Source: Candidatus Heimdallarchaeota archaeon
GTDB lineage: Archaea; Asgardarchaeota; Heimdallarchaeia; Heimdallarchaeales; Heimdallarchaeaceae
Assembly: GCA_021399345.1 (NCBI GenBank)
Contig: JAAFKI010000023.1
Coordinates: forward strand, 1-36,520
Direction: 5' to 3'
DNA: 36,520 bases
The position numbers and the translations under genes were made by a program. Below the pieces are notes generated by a model. It was not told where the DNA came from. It did not search any database and was given only the letters and a program-made list of their open reading frames with translations. Positions 9,410 to 20,018 of the stretch are shown in pieces; position 1 is the stretch's first letter; each line of letters begins with the position of its first letter.

Positions 9410-10213
9410 TCACCCATAACCGCACTTTAATCTCCACTCATCATATCCTGCTAGATACAATCTAACATCAGGATAACCTATTTCTTTTAGAGCCAGATAG
9501 ACTAGAGCTGACTGGGGTGCTGACTCACAATATACAATTATTGTTTTATCCTTCTTTATTTCCCTTATTTTCATTTCTTCAATTAAATCTTCATTTTTCT
9601 TAATGATGAAATAATCAGGATATTCTTCGAAAAGATCTAGATACCAGAAATGAACAGCTCCTGGGATATTCCCACCTTGTTGATCTAAAAGGATAGCATA
9701 TTCAGAACGATTATCTACAAATATGAAATCCTCGGATTTAATGTTCAATACTATCTCATCTTTCGAAATAAATATGGAGTCATCTTGTTGGTTAAGAGTA
9801 AGGTTTCCTGGCTCTAATTGTATTTCTTCTGTAGATAATTCATTATTTTCCTTTTCCCATTTAGAAAAGGCACCATCTAAGAGAATAACGTTTCTGAAAC
9901 AGTAATAGTGGAGAGTCCAAGCAGCTATAGAACAATTAAGATTAAAAACATCATCAACTAAAACAAGTATGTCTTCATTATTAATTCCCTTTTGCTTAAG
10001 ATAGTTTGTAATTTTTTTACAGTCAGGAATAACATTAACCCCGTCTTCATCTTGTTCAACAAAAATACTGTCATCAATATGTATCGATCCAGTAATATGA
10101 CCCTTCTGAAATTTAGAGTAATCACGCAAATCTAATATTTTGTAATTAGAGTTGGTCATAAGACTAAGTAAGTCCTCTGTAGAGACGAAGGTTTGAACAT
10201 TATTCCCATACAT
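9410..10213 (-). CDS. Two-domain rhodanese / sulfurtransferase
   Basis: ILDLR..KGHITGS, LLDGAFSKW, FVDNRS..EY, GNIPGAVH, catalytic VYC, YLAGYDEW. Confidence 0.9.
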   Translation of the reverse strand: MYGNNVQTFVSTEDLLSLMTNSNYKILDLRDYSKFQKGHITGSIHIDDSIFVEQDEDGVNVIPDCKKITNYLKQKGINNEDILVLVDDVFNLNCSIAAWTLHYYCFRNVILLDGAFSKWEKENNELSTEEIQLEPGNLTLNQQDDSIFISKDEIVLNIKSEDFIFVDNRSEYAILLDQQGGNIPGAVHFWYLDLFEEYPDYFIIKKNEDLIEEMKIREIKKDKTIIVYCESAPQSALVYLALKEIGYPDVRLYLAGYDEWRLKCGYG

Positions 10214-10258
10214 CTAATAATAAATAAATATCGTTCAAATAATAATTTTGCCCTAGTG

Positions 10259-11227
10259 CTAGTCAGATTTTTTTATTCGAGCTAAAGTAGCTGAATAAAT
10301 AATTGGTAAAGCAATGGTGACATCAGAAACAACGGTAGTCATACGACTTTTCTGATCTACTTTTCCCCAAGAAATAGCTTCTGATAAAGAAGCCCCAGAG
10401 AGTCCCCCTGTTTCAACTCTATCCATAGTAATTTGAATAGCATAATCAAAGGTTTTCGGAGACATTAGCCTTGATTGGAAGATATAGTTTTTAGGAACTC
10501 CTCCACCAAGGAAAAAAGCTCCAGCTAAGTCTGAATCCCAGGCAGATCTCTGAATTTCACCTAAATCACCCATGTCATCAATATAGATTTTTTTCATTTG
10601 GGAAAACAGCCAAAGTTGAAGACCAAGTATGCTATCTCCGAATGCTGGAACATAAATTGGTACATTTTTCTCGTAAGCAGCTCTAACAAATGAATCAGGA
10701 TCATCTAATTTTTCTCCTATCAAAGACATTAATTGTCTTGTAGATATTGCTAAAATATTATTTGAATCTTTATTCTTCTCATAAATTTCGCTAAAGATTG
10801 GTTGAATATTGTCCTCAAGTTTCATAAACGATTCATCAGCAACAAATGCATCATATATTCTGTCGATTGATTTTTCTCTTAATTCTGAATCTGAGGAATA
10901 AGGTACTTGACGGATGTGTTCTCCACCAAAAGCTTCAATGATATCATGTGTTACATTGGCACCTGTAGTTACTATAACATGTACCATATCGTTTCTTATC
11001 ATATCAGTAATGATTTTTTTCATCCCTCCTGGAACCAGAGCCCCCGCTATTCCAAGAAAAACAGTAGCTTTCTTCTCCAGCATTTCTGAATAAATATCAA
11101 TTGCCTTTGCAATTCTTCCAGCTCCAAAAACACCAGAATTCTTAAACTCACTTGCAATTTCGTTAATTGTAGCATCTTCATCTAGATTAATGTGGCTGAT
11201 TCTAGGATGTTTGTCCTTATGATTCAT
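10259..11227 (-). CDS. dys: Deoxyhypusine synthase
   Basis: TTGANVTHD, DRIYD, PAFGDSILG, GGGVPKN, TGGLSGASLSEAISWGK with the catalytic Lys. Confidence 0.93.
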   Translation of the reverse strand: MNHKDKHPRISHINLDEDATINEIASEFKNSGVFGAGRIAKAIDIYSEMLEKKATVFLGIAGALVPGGMKKIITDMIRNDMVHVIVTTGANVTHDIIEAFGGEHIRQVPYSSDSELREKSIDRIYDAFVADESFMKLEDNIQPIFSEIYEKNKDSNNILAISTRQLMSLIGEKLDDPDSFVRAAYEKNVPIYVPAFGDSILGLQLWLFSQMKKIYIDDMGDLGEIQRSAWDSDLAGAFFLGGGVPKNYIFQSRLMSPKTFDYAIQITMDRVETGGLSGASLSEAISWGKVDQKSRMTTVVSDVTIALPIIYSATLARIKKSD

Positions 11228-11240
11228 TAGTCTCTAATGA

Positions 11241-11525
11241 TTAGGATTTTTTACCTTCTTTAGCCTTTTCGATAAGTAATTCAATTTCTCTTGCTCTAAA
11301 AGGAGATTCTTCTAATTCGGAATGGTCAATTGGACAAATATATCTTTTCTCCTCACCCACATGGATGATTCCTAATGGTAAATTGCATATGTAAACTCTT
11401 CCACAAGTTCGACAATAGAGTGTAGAACGAGTTGCTTCTTCAAAGGTTTCCAAATCAGAATCTATAGCACAAACTGGACAGGGGAATATACAAATTGTAG
11501 GGCGAAAACTTTCTTTCGGAGACAT
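11241..11525 (-). CDS. Zinc-finger hypothetical protein
   Basis: CPVC, CRTC, YIC and CPIDH motifs; tightly packed upstream of DHS. Confidence 0.65.
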   Translation of the reverse strand: MSPKESFRPTICIFPCPVCAIDSDLETFEEATRSTLYCRTCGRVYICNLPLGIIHVGEEKRYICPIDHSELEESPFRAREIELLIEKAKEGKKS

Positions 11526-11601
11526 ACTTATCAACGGAGCTCATCAATAATTGTATAAATATTACTTATTATTAGTTTATTAACTTTAGGGATTCCTTGA
11601 G

Positions 11602-12366
11602 CTAAAACCACAATCTGAATTCGGGGAAATGAAAAACTTCGTTATCACTCAAAACAAACATTTCAACTTTTTCTAAGTCAACTTTATCACGTAAAATAGG
11701 AGACAATAGGTTAGACTTATTCTTTGGATTGATAGGTGTTCCAGTAGAATAGTCAGTAAAAGCTGGAAGAACTAAAAGTTTCTTAGTCATATTATTGAGA
11801 GGACCTAACATGAAGGCTTGAGCTCTAATCTTCTGTAATTTTTTAATTCGAGCTTGTAAAACAGGATGCTCATGTCCGATTATAATATACTGAGCTTTTT
11901 CTGGAATGTTTTCAGGAAGTTGTTGATCACCATGAACGAAGAAGTATTCTTCCAAATGAAAAAACTCATCATGAAACGTAACATTATCAAAATCTTGCAA
12001 CGCCCATGTCAGGAGGACATCATGATTTCCCTTAATGATGTGGACCTGAGATACTTTGGAGGAAACTTCTTTAATGAATTTTTTTACATCTCTGTTCTCA
12101 ATTTTAGAAGGTTCGCTAAAACTATGTTTAATATCTCCATTGAGGATGAGATATTTTGGTTTAAGTTTGGTAAGATAAGTAATAAAAATTTCAATTAGTT
12201 TATCGGTTTGATTATGGGGAGCAAATGTTCCTTCCTCTCTCATAATAGATTCAATGCCCAAATGAAGATCAGCTGCGACTAGAGCATTAATGTCCTCTAA
12301 GAACAGTAAGGGCAATCCATTAACAATCTTCATATTATCATTAATATTAAATAATTCTATGGACAT
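11602..12366 (-). CDS. Calcineurin-like metallophosphoesterase (archaeal ICC-like)
   Basis: ADLHLG, LNGDIKH, KGNHD, FVHGD, GHEHP, LPAF; AGGGGAG SD before the ATG at 12366. Confidence 0.9.
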   Translation of the reverse strand: MSIELFNINDNMKIVNGLPLLFLEDINALVAADLHLGIESIMREEGTFAPHNQTDKLIEIFITYLTKLKPKYLILNGDIKHSFSEPSKIENRDVKKFIKEVSSKVSQVHIIKGNHDVLLTWALQDFDNVTFHDEFFHLEEYFFVHGDQQLPENIPEKAQYIIIGHEHPVLQARIKKLQKIRAQAFMLGPLNNMTKKLLVLPAFTDYSTGTPINPKNKSNLLSPILRDKVDLEKVEMFVLSDNEVFHFPEFRLWF

Positions 12367-12475
12367 TAACTCCCCTTTGTCAGAAATCTGTTGAATCAAT
12401 ATATAGACTTGCCTCTTTGTCTATTTTTAACTAATAAAATGTGACATTTTGAAAAATTTTATCTAAGTTTGCTCA

Positions 12476-13129
12476 TTAATTCTCTCTTTTTGAACCAATT
12501 ATGACCAATCTAGAAGCATATAGCTTCTTACATGCCTCACAACAATGAAACACTATAGAACTCATTTTTTCTCCAATTAAATAGAGAACAAAAGTCTGTT
12601 GCCATTCACTATTTTCTGCTGATAATTCCTTCAATAATGACCTATAAAGCTGGTGAGCTACTATCTCAAACCCTGTTATTCTCGATTTATCAAAATTCAA
12701 TATATCAGAAGAACTTGCATGTACCAAATGATTAAAGACATTAATACATTCAAGCATTGATTTATTTAGATTATAAAAATATTCCAATGTTTGTAAGTGC
12801 ATATTAATGTGTTCTTGAGATAATAAAGAGACCAAATCTGCCATTAATTTAGCAGCATTCTTTAGATTAGTGAATATTGGCTCATATTGGTTGATTGACA
12901 AACTCTCTTCATCTAGGGGTTGATATATAGTTGTAGTTATATCATCGATGAAATTGAGAACATTTTGGTAAAGTTGTTCTATTTTATCCGCTCTTTCCTC
13001 AATACCTGGATGATAAAGAAGTGTTAAGGTAATAAGATCTGCCATTCGAATTAATGTATCACTTACTAAAACAGAACAATGAAGAATTGTATCAACAACT
13101 TCTTTCTGAGTTCTTTTTTCCCCCGACAT
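12476..13129 (-). CDS. All-helical PhoU/DUF47-like protein
   Basis: Two helical repeats with IEERADK and FEIVAHQLYRSLLKEL patterns resembling DUF47. Confidence 0.5.
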   Translation of the reverse strand: MSGEKRTQKEVVDTILHCSVLVSDTLIRMADLITLTLLYHPGIEERADKIEQLYQNVLNFIDDITTTIYQPLDEESLSINQYEPIFTNLKNAAKLMADLVSLLSQEHINMHLQTLEYFYNLNKSMLECINVFNHLVHASSSDILNFDKSRITGFEIVAHQLYRSLLKELSAENSEWQQTFVLYLIGEKMSSIVFHCCEACKKLYASRLVIIGSKREN

Positions 13130-13208
13130 AAATGAACTACCAAATAGTAAGACTAACATTCAAATATAAAGAGATTATGGAAAAAGAAGAAAAAATGACT
13201 TAGAAACA

Positions 13209-14582
13209 TCAAAAACCTATGTTTCGTTTAGTCCAATAGAAAAAAATATCGAGAGTGATTAACTCTACATTTTTGATTTCTAAATCTTCAAGTACTCTTG
13301 TTGTTTCAGTAAAAGAGTGATAAGTCTGTTTCGTTTTTTCCAATTTAGGTAGAATAGAGATATTGGTAATCGAAATCACTGCATCAAGAGTATAATGATC
13401 TGATGCTGTGTCATCTAATTCAGTACCAATTCCAATATTAGAACTTATCAAAGTGTTATTGAAATATTGGTTTACGAAGATAAAATCTATTCGAGACTCA
13501 TAATTTAGTATATTTAGTGTGTGACCTGGATTGCTGGGAAGAAGAGTCCTATAAACATCTGTAAAATTATGAACTTTCGATGAGTAATTACCATATATTT
13601 CATCACTTGGGTCAAGTAACATTGTCGCAGGACCATACCCAAAATCAGTGAACGTACCTCTTGTAGTGTCGTTTATATCAGCAGGAGAGAGCGAATTCAA
13701 ATCACCTACATACATGATAGGAACATCACCTAAATCATCCATGTAATTGATTATTCCTTCTTGTTCTTTTTCTCTACGTTGCTCATTAAAATCACCTTCA
13801 CAGCACTTAAGATGATATCCGATGATATGTACTTCTTTCCCTTGAATATCTACAATTGCATGAATAAAATCATGAGCCAGGTAATGTTCTGAAGCATCAT
13901 CTAAAGTTACTGGATCAATTTGATTAAATTCAAGAATTGGATATCTACTCAGAATTGCTTCACCTGTTGTACTATAGGTTACACCTTGGGTTGTATACCC
14001 AATATAAGGCGCTTCTTCATAGAAATAACCGTTGAACAGATTGATAACATTGTTCAACTTCCTATTTCCACCATCATCCCATGTACCAGTTTCTACAAAA
14101 ATGGCTATGTCTGGATTTTCTGCTTTAACAACTTCTATCCATTCCTCTCCTATACCAGATTCTTTGACATTGTAATTAAGAATTTTAAATTCTTCAGTTG
14201 GTGGAGGGTTAATGAAATTGTCTACAGTGCATATTATTGAAGCTATTGCGGTGTTTCCTGATTTATCTGTAGCAACAGCTGTTATATTATGAAAACCATC
14301 TAAATACCCTGTAGTATCCCAGTTATAAGTTGAAGATTCATTTTGAAGAATATCATCAATAGAAATCTCTATTTTCATCACTTTAGAATCATCTTCGGCT
14401 GTAATTTCAATCAATATAGTTCCAGAATAACTATATCCACTTTTGGGATTGAGTATTTGAATAGTGGGTGGAGTTTGATCCCTTAAAAGAACAATTGTAG
14501 TAGGAGTAATGATGGCAATTGCTACTAAAACTGCCATACTAATAATGAATATTTTTGATTTTAGAAGGCTCATAGATTTCAA
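13209..14582 (-). CDS. Membrane-anchored EEP (endonuclease/exonuclease/phosphatase) protein with Ig-like domain
   Basis: N-terminal TM helix, DQTPPTIQILNP...WDTT..DG.H...ATDKSGN Ig-like repeat, then YNV, ILSRYPI, GDLNS, RIDFIFV, ASDH. Confidence 0.85.
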   Translation of the reverse strand: MKSMSLLKSKIFIISMAVLVAIAIITPTTIVLLRDQTPPTIQILNPKSGYSYSGTILIEITAEDDSKVMKIEISIDDILQNESSTYNWDTTGYLDGFHNITAVATDKSGNTAIASIICTVDNFINPPPTEEFKILNYNVKESGIGEEWIEVVKAENPDIAIFVETGTWDDGGNRKLNNVINLFNGYFYEEAPYIGYTTQGVTYSTTGEAILSRYPILEFNQIDPVTLDDASEHYLAHDFIHAIVDIQGKEVHIIGYHLKCCEGDFNEQRREKEQEGIINYMDDLGDVPIMYVGDLNSLSPADINDTTRGTFTDFGYGPATMLLDPSDEIYGNYSSKVHNFTDVYRTLLPSNPGHTLNILNYESRIDFIFVNQYFNNTLISSNIGIGTELDDTASDHYTLDAVISITNISILPKLEKTKQTYHSFTETTRVLEDLEIKNVELITLDIFFYWTKRNIGF

Positions 14583-14688
14583 TGGTGTCTTTTACTTCAT
14601 ACTAATAACAATTTTGTTTTATTCAGAAATATGAAACCATCTTAGATTTGTCACAAAACATATTAGACTAAAAGCTAATCTAAAATTG

Positions 14689-15207
14689 ATGAAAGTTCTG
14701 GAATTTAGACGACACTCAAAACGAACAATACCTTCTCCACATCTGAATCAAGAAGGAATTAACAAAGCTCGAAAAATAGGGGAGGAACTGGGAGAATATG
14801 ATTTAATAGGTTCTAGCTATGCTCCAAGAGCTATAGAAACTGCTGTAGCTATGGGGTATGCGGTTGATGAGATCTATGATGAACTAAGCATGACACCCGA
14901 TTATATTGAAGATGAAGTAGTTTGGGGGATGAATTTTAGTGAATTTTCTGATGTGATAAGAAAAGAGGGTAAAACATACAACTATGTTCATGAAATGGCT
15001 AATTTTCTGCTGGAATTCGCAAAAAAACTGCCGAATAATGGTTCTGCATTACTTGTTAGTCATGGTGGTTTAATTGAACTAGTGGCTATAGGTTGCTTCC
15101 CTAATGAAGACTATATCTCTTGGGGGAAATATCTAGGAACATGTGAAGGAGTAAGAATATACATAAAAGATGGAAATTTTGAGAAAATAGAATTGTTGAG
15201 AATCTAA
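14689..15207 (+). CDS. Histidine phosphatase (phosphoglycerate mutase) family protein
   Basis: FRRHS, SS...RAIETA, LLVSHGG. Confidence 0.85.
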   Translation: MKVLEFRRHSKRTIPSPHLNQEGINKARKIGEELGEYDLIGSSYAPRAIETAVAMGYAVDEIYDELSMTPDYIEDEVVWGMNFSEFSDVIRKEGKTYNYVHEMANFLLEFAKKLPNNGSALLVSHGGLIELVAIGCFPNEDYISWGKYLGTCEGVRIYIKDGNFEKIELLRI

Positions 15208-15217
15208 TAGATTCAGA

Positions 15218-15763
15218 TCAACTATTGAATAGTTTTCCTACTTCATGAGCCCATTTTTCAATTTTGTCCCAGTCTCTATTATCATACTGATTTTCATGTA
15301 ATCTTGTAAGTATTTGACTACTAGCTATTTCTGGTATAAATTTCTTAGGCCCTTTAGCAAACTCAGGTAATTTTTTCTTTGGAATCCTTCCTCCAAAAGC
15401 TGCTTTAGCAACAGGTTTCAAATTAGGGTACTCCTCTAAAACTTTGACTAGAAAATTTTCATAAGCATGCTCATAAAGATCTTCATCACCAGCAAAGGCT
15501 GAAGAAATGAAAACTGCAACTTTTTTACCTTCAAAATTATTACTCAAGTACTTTTCTGCATTCTTAGTCCATTTTCCATATTTGATTCCACTAGCAATAA
15601 TAACGTTATCAAAATCACTTAGATCTGGGCAAGCTCTATAATTTTCTAAATCCCAAATTTCGACATGTTGATTATACTCTTTTTCAAGTATTTTTTGAAT
15701 TTCAGCACAAGCTTCTGTTGTGGCACTGTATCTAGTACCATAGACGATTAATGTTTCACTCAT
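15218..15763 (-). CDS. Flavodoxin-domain protein (HemG-like)
   Basis: LIVYGTRYSAT, AFGG, DNRDWDKIEKWA. Confidence 0.85.
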   Translation of the reverse strand: MSETLIVYGTRYSATTEACAEIQKILEKEYNQHVEIWDLENYRACPDLSDFDNVIIASGIKYGKWTKNAEKYLSNNFEGKKVAVFISSAFAGDEDLYEHAYENFLVKVLEEYPNLKPVAKAAFGGRIPKKKLPEFAKGPKKFIPEIASSQILTRLHENQYDNRDWDKIEKWAHEVGKLFNS

Positions 15764-15876
15764 AAGATTCACCGTGTATCAGTGTTCCTTTTGACTGAGT
15801 TAATGAGAGCCATATATATAATTTAGCAAAAGACAACTTTAACATCCTAGAATTCATCGCTGAAGTACTTACAGAA

Positions 15877-17289
15877 TTATTTTTTCACAGTTTCTAAAGT
15901 TTTGTTCCTCCCATCTCCGCTTATAAGGAAGAAGTTAACAATTACCATCAGGATTCCAACCCCAAGGAATAAGATTGGAATATTGAAATCTGCGATTAAA
16001 CCAAATAATGGGGCAAAAATAAAAACTAGTATAGATTTGATTTGAGCTTCAACACTAAGCATGGTAGCTCTTTGCTCTTTTTTCATAATATCTCCTAAAT
16101 AGTCAACACTTATTGGTCGTCTAATATTTTCTAAAATGTAAATAAGTAAATAAAGAAAAACAACCACAATTGGCAATTCAAAATGTATGAATATAGCATT
16201 TAGCAGAAGAATACCTGCAAATGTGTAGAATAACACGTCCATAGCAGTTTTCGATTTTTTGAATAATTTCTTTATTCTGTAAGCATTGAGGGATGATATT
16301 GCTGATAGGAGATAGAAAACTGAATACATTACACCCAGAATTATTTTTATTATATCATCTTCAGCTAAGTTCAGGTTTCCTTTGAGGCCAACATTGAGTA
16401 GAACGAATACGATGTATATTTTCAATATTGGTTGAATATAATCTTTCAGACTTTTGTAAACTGCATCATAACTCGATGATGAAAAGATGCCTTTTCTCAT
16501 CTGTCGACTCTTCATAGCTATAAATATGTCCTTATATCCCTTTCCAAATTCCTTGAAGACACTCGTTTCCGTTGTTACTCTTTCATTCATAAATGATGGA
16601 TAAGTAGCAACTAATGAGAAATCTATTACATAGGGTATAATTGTTATTAGAAAAACCCACTGTGCATTAGGAACGAACAAAATAAAAATAATTGATATTA
16701 ATCCGTTCAATGTCGAGCCAATTAAAGACCAAGATCTTGTTCTACCATAGACAAAAGTTTTGTGATCTTGGTAGTTTTTCTTATCCATCCACGTCAAAAT
16801 CATAGCTTTGTGTGTTCCAGATCTAAACGCCTCTCCTAAACCATAGGTTGCTGCTCCAATGAAAATTACAAAGAAGAATCTGAATGGAAGACTAATACCT
16901 ATAAAATAAATTACGAAAGATAAAATATAGAAGATGAAGCAAAAGAGAAGCTCATTCTTTTTTCCAAATTTATCAGCAAGAATACCTGAGGGAACTTCTA
17001 AAACATAAGTAATTACTTCTTGAACTAAGAAAATCAAACCAATCTTAAAAAGAATAAAAGAAATACCCTCAGGAGAGCTAAAGGAAATCTTAAGTGATAT
17101 TTGATAAAATCCAGTCAGAAAATAAATTGAATCTTGGTATGAATTGGAAAGATACTCATAAAGCATTATAATCAGATATGGCTCAAAAAATCGTAAATTC
17201 TTGAAGAAACCATATAATTTGAACTTCAACATAAGGGGTTCTTTGAGAATCTGCTTTTGAATCAGTTTCTCTTCATTTAGGGTATTCAT
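15877..17289 (-). CDS. MFS transporter
   Basis: About 12 TM helices, EVPSGILADKFGKK motif A, GEAFRSGT, EQRATMLS. Confidence 0.9.
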   Translation of the reverse strand: MNTLNEEKLIQKQILKEPLMLKFKLYGFFKNLRFFEPYLIIMLYEYLSNSYQDSIYFLTGFYQISLKISFSSPEGISFILFKIGLIFLVQEVITYVLEVPSGILADKFGKKNELLFCFIFYILSFVIYFIGISLPFRFFFVIFIGAATYGLGEAFRSGTHKAMILTWMDKKNYQDHKTFVYGRTRSWSLIGSTLNGLISIIFILFVPNAQWVFLITIIPYVIDFSLVATYPSFMNERVTTETSVFKEFGKGYKDIFIAMKSRQMRKGIFSSSSYDAVYKSLKDYIQPILKIYIVFVLLNVGLKGNLNLAEDDIIKIILGVMYSVFYLLSAISSLNAYRIKKLFKKSKTAMDVLFYTFAGILLLNAIFIHFELPIVVVFLYLLIYILENIRRPISVDYLGDIMKKEQRATMLSVEAQIKSILVFIFAPLFGLIADFNIPILFLGVGILMVIVNFFLISGDGRNKTLETVKK

Positions 17290-17436
17290 ATCTGACTCAA
17301 ACTATGAATAAATAAGGAGATTATAATTTTTTCTAACAATTCAGCTGTTAGGACTGGTAATTTCTCTAGAGTTATCATTACTTCCTCATTTATTACTTTA
17401 GGAGAAATAGGTCTAACTTTCTAACTCCTTTTTCTT

Positions 17437-17808
17437 TTATTGTAAGCTGCTTTTGGTAGTTGCATCTAGAAGTAGATGACTAAAATATCCCAAAAAAAAT
17501 CCAAAGATTAGATATACAAAGAGTAAGTTATCATATCGCGGAATAACCACAAAGGCCATGACGAAGGAACCAATAAAGAAGACAGACAGCATAAACCAAG
17601 AATGGAAAAATTTTCTATGACCTGGATTAGTCGGTCTTTCTATGATATCGGGAAGAATTGATCCGATGAATATGGGTACAGTGGAAATAGATAGAATTAA
17701 TGTTAAGCGTAGATATTGAAAATCATTGGAGAAGAAATAATATGATATGCCTACTAGAGGGACACTGAAAATAAAACCTACCGCGACGTGAGTTAGTCTA
17801 TTTGACAT
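17437..17808 (-). CDS. Membrane metal-dependent hydrolase (YdjM-like)
   Basis: TH, GSILPD, HRKFFHS, SHLLLD motifs; start reassigned to ATG 17808 to avoid overlap with the divergent gene. Confidence 0.8.
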   Translation of the reverse strand: MSNRLTHVAVGFIFSVPLVGISYYFFSNDFQYLRLTLILSISTVPIFIGSILPDIIERPTNPGHRKFFHSWFMLSVFFIGSFVMAFVVIPRYDNLLFVYLIFGFFLGYFSHLLLDATTKSSLQ

Positions 17809-17907
17809 AATAACTTCTCCTATATTGTTATACTCAAATTGATATAAAAACCGAAGTAAAACCACTGTCATACATTTCGCAAAAAAATATAAAGTATCTA
17901 GCAAAGT

Positions 17908-18357
17908 ATGCATATGACTGAATTTCTTAAAAAAGCTGAATCGTGGAATGAGAAATTTAAATTATCTACTCAAATGGTCAGAGATATTCCTCCTGATACA
18001 ATCCTTACAAATGGCTGGAATAAGAGAAAACTGTATATTCATCTTTACGGTTGGGATAATGAGATTATCAAATATGCTGAGGAATTAAGACAAAGTAAGC
18101 CTTTTCATATAATTCTTGAAGAAAGTATAGACGAATATAATCAAAGATTCTTTGAAGAAAATGAAGGATTGGATTTTGTTGCAGCTGAAAAACAATTTCT
18201 ACAAAAACGAGAACAAATGCTATCTGTCTGTGAAGAACTCTTAACTAAATATCCTCAAAACAATAAAGAATTCGTAGGTTTCTTCTTTCTCTGGGAGCAT
18301 GATGCACACCATTTGAATCAAGCAGGAGTAGATGTATCAGATCTTGAGGGAAAATAA
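17908..18357 (+). CDS. DinB/YfiT-like four-helix bundle protein
   Basis: GWNKRKLYIHLYGWD, IDEYNQ, WEHDAHH His pattern. Confidence 0.65.
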   Translation: MHMTEFLKKAESWNEKFKLSTQMVRDIPPDTILTNGWNKRKLYIHLYGWDNEIIKYAEELRQSKPFHIILEESIDEYNQRFFEENEGLDFVAAEKQFLQKREQMLSVCEELLTKYPQNNKEFVGFFFLWEHDAHHLNQAGVDVSDLEGK

Positions 18358-18372
18358 CCTTATCTCTGTTTC

Positions 18373-18522
18373 TTAACTAGATGCAGAAGATTCTGAACTC
18401 ATTTTGTATACTTTCGGACTTTGATTTGGTATCAAATAATAATAGAGTAAGTTACAGCTCTTGCAGTAGTACTTTTGGAAACTTATAGCATCCAGAAATT
18501 TTCCACAATTAGAGCATTTCAT
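18373..18522 (-). CDS. Small zinc-ribbon protein (49 aa, not in ORF track)
   Basis: Own translation: MKCSNCGKFLDAISFQKYYCKSCNLLYYYLIPNQSPKVYKMSSESSASS*; two CxxC pairs; fills an intergenic gap. Confidence 0.65.
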   Translation of the reverse strand: MKCSNCGKFLDAISFQKYYCKSCNLLYYYLIPNQSPKVYKMSSESSASS

Positions 18523-18640
18523 TAAATCAACCAATATACCTTAAATCAGGTTTTCAAGCTTAATTTGTCTAATTCTAGCATAAAAACGTTGTTTTTTCAG
18601 CAAGGAAAAGAGTTTTCGAACACTTCTTCCTTTAAGGCAT

Positions 18641-18880
18641 TTATATTAGTCTGAGCTTTCTAGTGCTTCTCTTTTGAGCTGTTAGGATAGAGATTATTGT
18701 AGCCATGAGAAAAGCTAATGAAAATACAAAAAAGATTCCTGCTACTATTTCTAAAGAAGCCAGAACGAGACAAAGTGTAGATAACACTCCAAATACAAGA
18801 GGTCTATATTGTCTAATAACAATCTCTATGTATTTCCTTTTCTCTTTTTCAGTTCCTGTAGTCTCTATATTTTCAAGCAT
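18641..18880 (-). CDS. Small two-TM membrane protein
   Basis: Charged N-terminus, two hydrophobic helices, basic C-terminus. Confidence 0.55.
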   Translation of the reverse strand: MLENIETTGTEKEKRKYIEIVIRQYRPLVFGVLSTLCLVLASLEIVAGIFFVFSLAFLMATIISILTAQKRSTRKLRLI

Positions 18881-19034
18881 CGATGTAATTTTTTACTATT
18901 TCTTTAAAATTCTTTTCTCTGTTGACTTGAACAGACTTATAATTTAGATTTCTCATTTTTTGAGCGATAAGTTTAATTTGGTGCTTGCTATAGTTAGATG
19001 AAAATATACTTTGAGAAAAATAGGAGCGGGATTT

Positions 19035-20003
19035 ATGGAACAAAATGAATCAGCTGAGCCAGAAGAGGTAGTTGAAATACAAAACTTCTTTGAACCAGAT
19101 GCACCTCATATTACACAAACAGCATTAAAACCACCATTAAAAAGCAATATATGGATTATGATCTTATTTATACTAATTCTATATGCTGCGATTCTAGTAG
19201 GCGGTAATCTTATTATGGCAGTTTTAGGGGCCCCAGCTGTGGCTATTTTTTTTGTTCTTTTTATTTTACTTGGATTGCTCTGGTTTCTTATTGTTCCATT
19301 AGTTTTTAAAATACCACAGAAGTATGAATCTTTGAAGCATTTTTTCAGAGATATTAAACTTAGTAAAGCTAAACCAATATTTCTTACCATTGGCCTAGGG
19401 CTTATAACTGCAGCAATTACAATAGGCTGTATCTCTCTTTCGTCTACAATAGCAACTATTAACGGCGGCGATTTCACAGTCAATGCCAAACAATATTTTC
19501 AAGAATCTGGCTATCTTATTTATTATTCACTCATCCCTGGTTTTTGGGAAGAAGTTGCATTTAGAGGTGTAATTCTTGTTTTACTTCTGAAAGTTTACTC
19601 AAGAACTAGAGCTATAATTATTAATGGGTTGGTGTTTGGATTCTTTCACTTAGTCAATATGTTGATACTTGGAGTGTATAATCTAGAAACCATCGTTCCT
19701 GTGTTATTTCAAGTCTTATTTGCCAGTGCTTTAGGTATATTTTTTGCGTATATGTGTGTAAAGACCAATAGCCTGCTTCCAGGTATAATCTGTCATTACT
19801 TGATAGATGCGTTTGTTATAATGTTCCTTCCCGAGACAGTACCTAATTTCTACATTTTTCTCACAACTCATGCACTAATAGGGATTGGGGTGCTTCCAGC
19901 AATACTAAATTCTTTACTCATTTGGGGAGTCTATAAACTGATATCTAAAGAATCTACATTGGTTAAACCAGAAATTGTTAAAACAGTAGTTAATGAGAAG
20001 TGA
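19035..20003 (+). CDS. CPBP (type II CAAX protease/Abi) intramembrane metalloprotease
   Basis: PGFWEEVAFRG, FGFFH, ICHYLID motifs; multiple TM helices. Confidence 0.9.
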   Translation: MEQNESAEPEEVVEIQNFFEPDAPHITQTALKPPLKSNIWIMILFILILYAAILVGGNLIMAVLGAPAVAIFFVLFILLGLLWFLIVPLVFKIPQKYESLKHFFRDIKLSKAKPIFLTIGLGLITAAITIGCISLSSTIATINGGDFTVNAKQYFQESGYLIYYSLIPGFWEEVAFRGVILVLLLKVYSRTRAIIINGLVFGFFHLVNMLILGVYNLETIVPVLFQVLFASALGIFFAYMCVKTNSLLPGIICHYLIDAFVIMFLPETVPNFYIFLTTHALIGIGVLPAILNSLLIWGVYKLISKESTLVKPEIVKTVVNEK

Positions 20004-20018
20004 ATTAAAGGTGAAAAA

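Noticed and set aside
18705-18947. 80-aa plus-strand ORF
   Set aside because: Antisense to 18641-18880, which has a more protein-like two-TM pattern.
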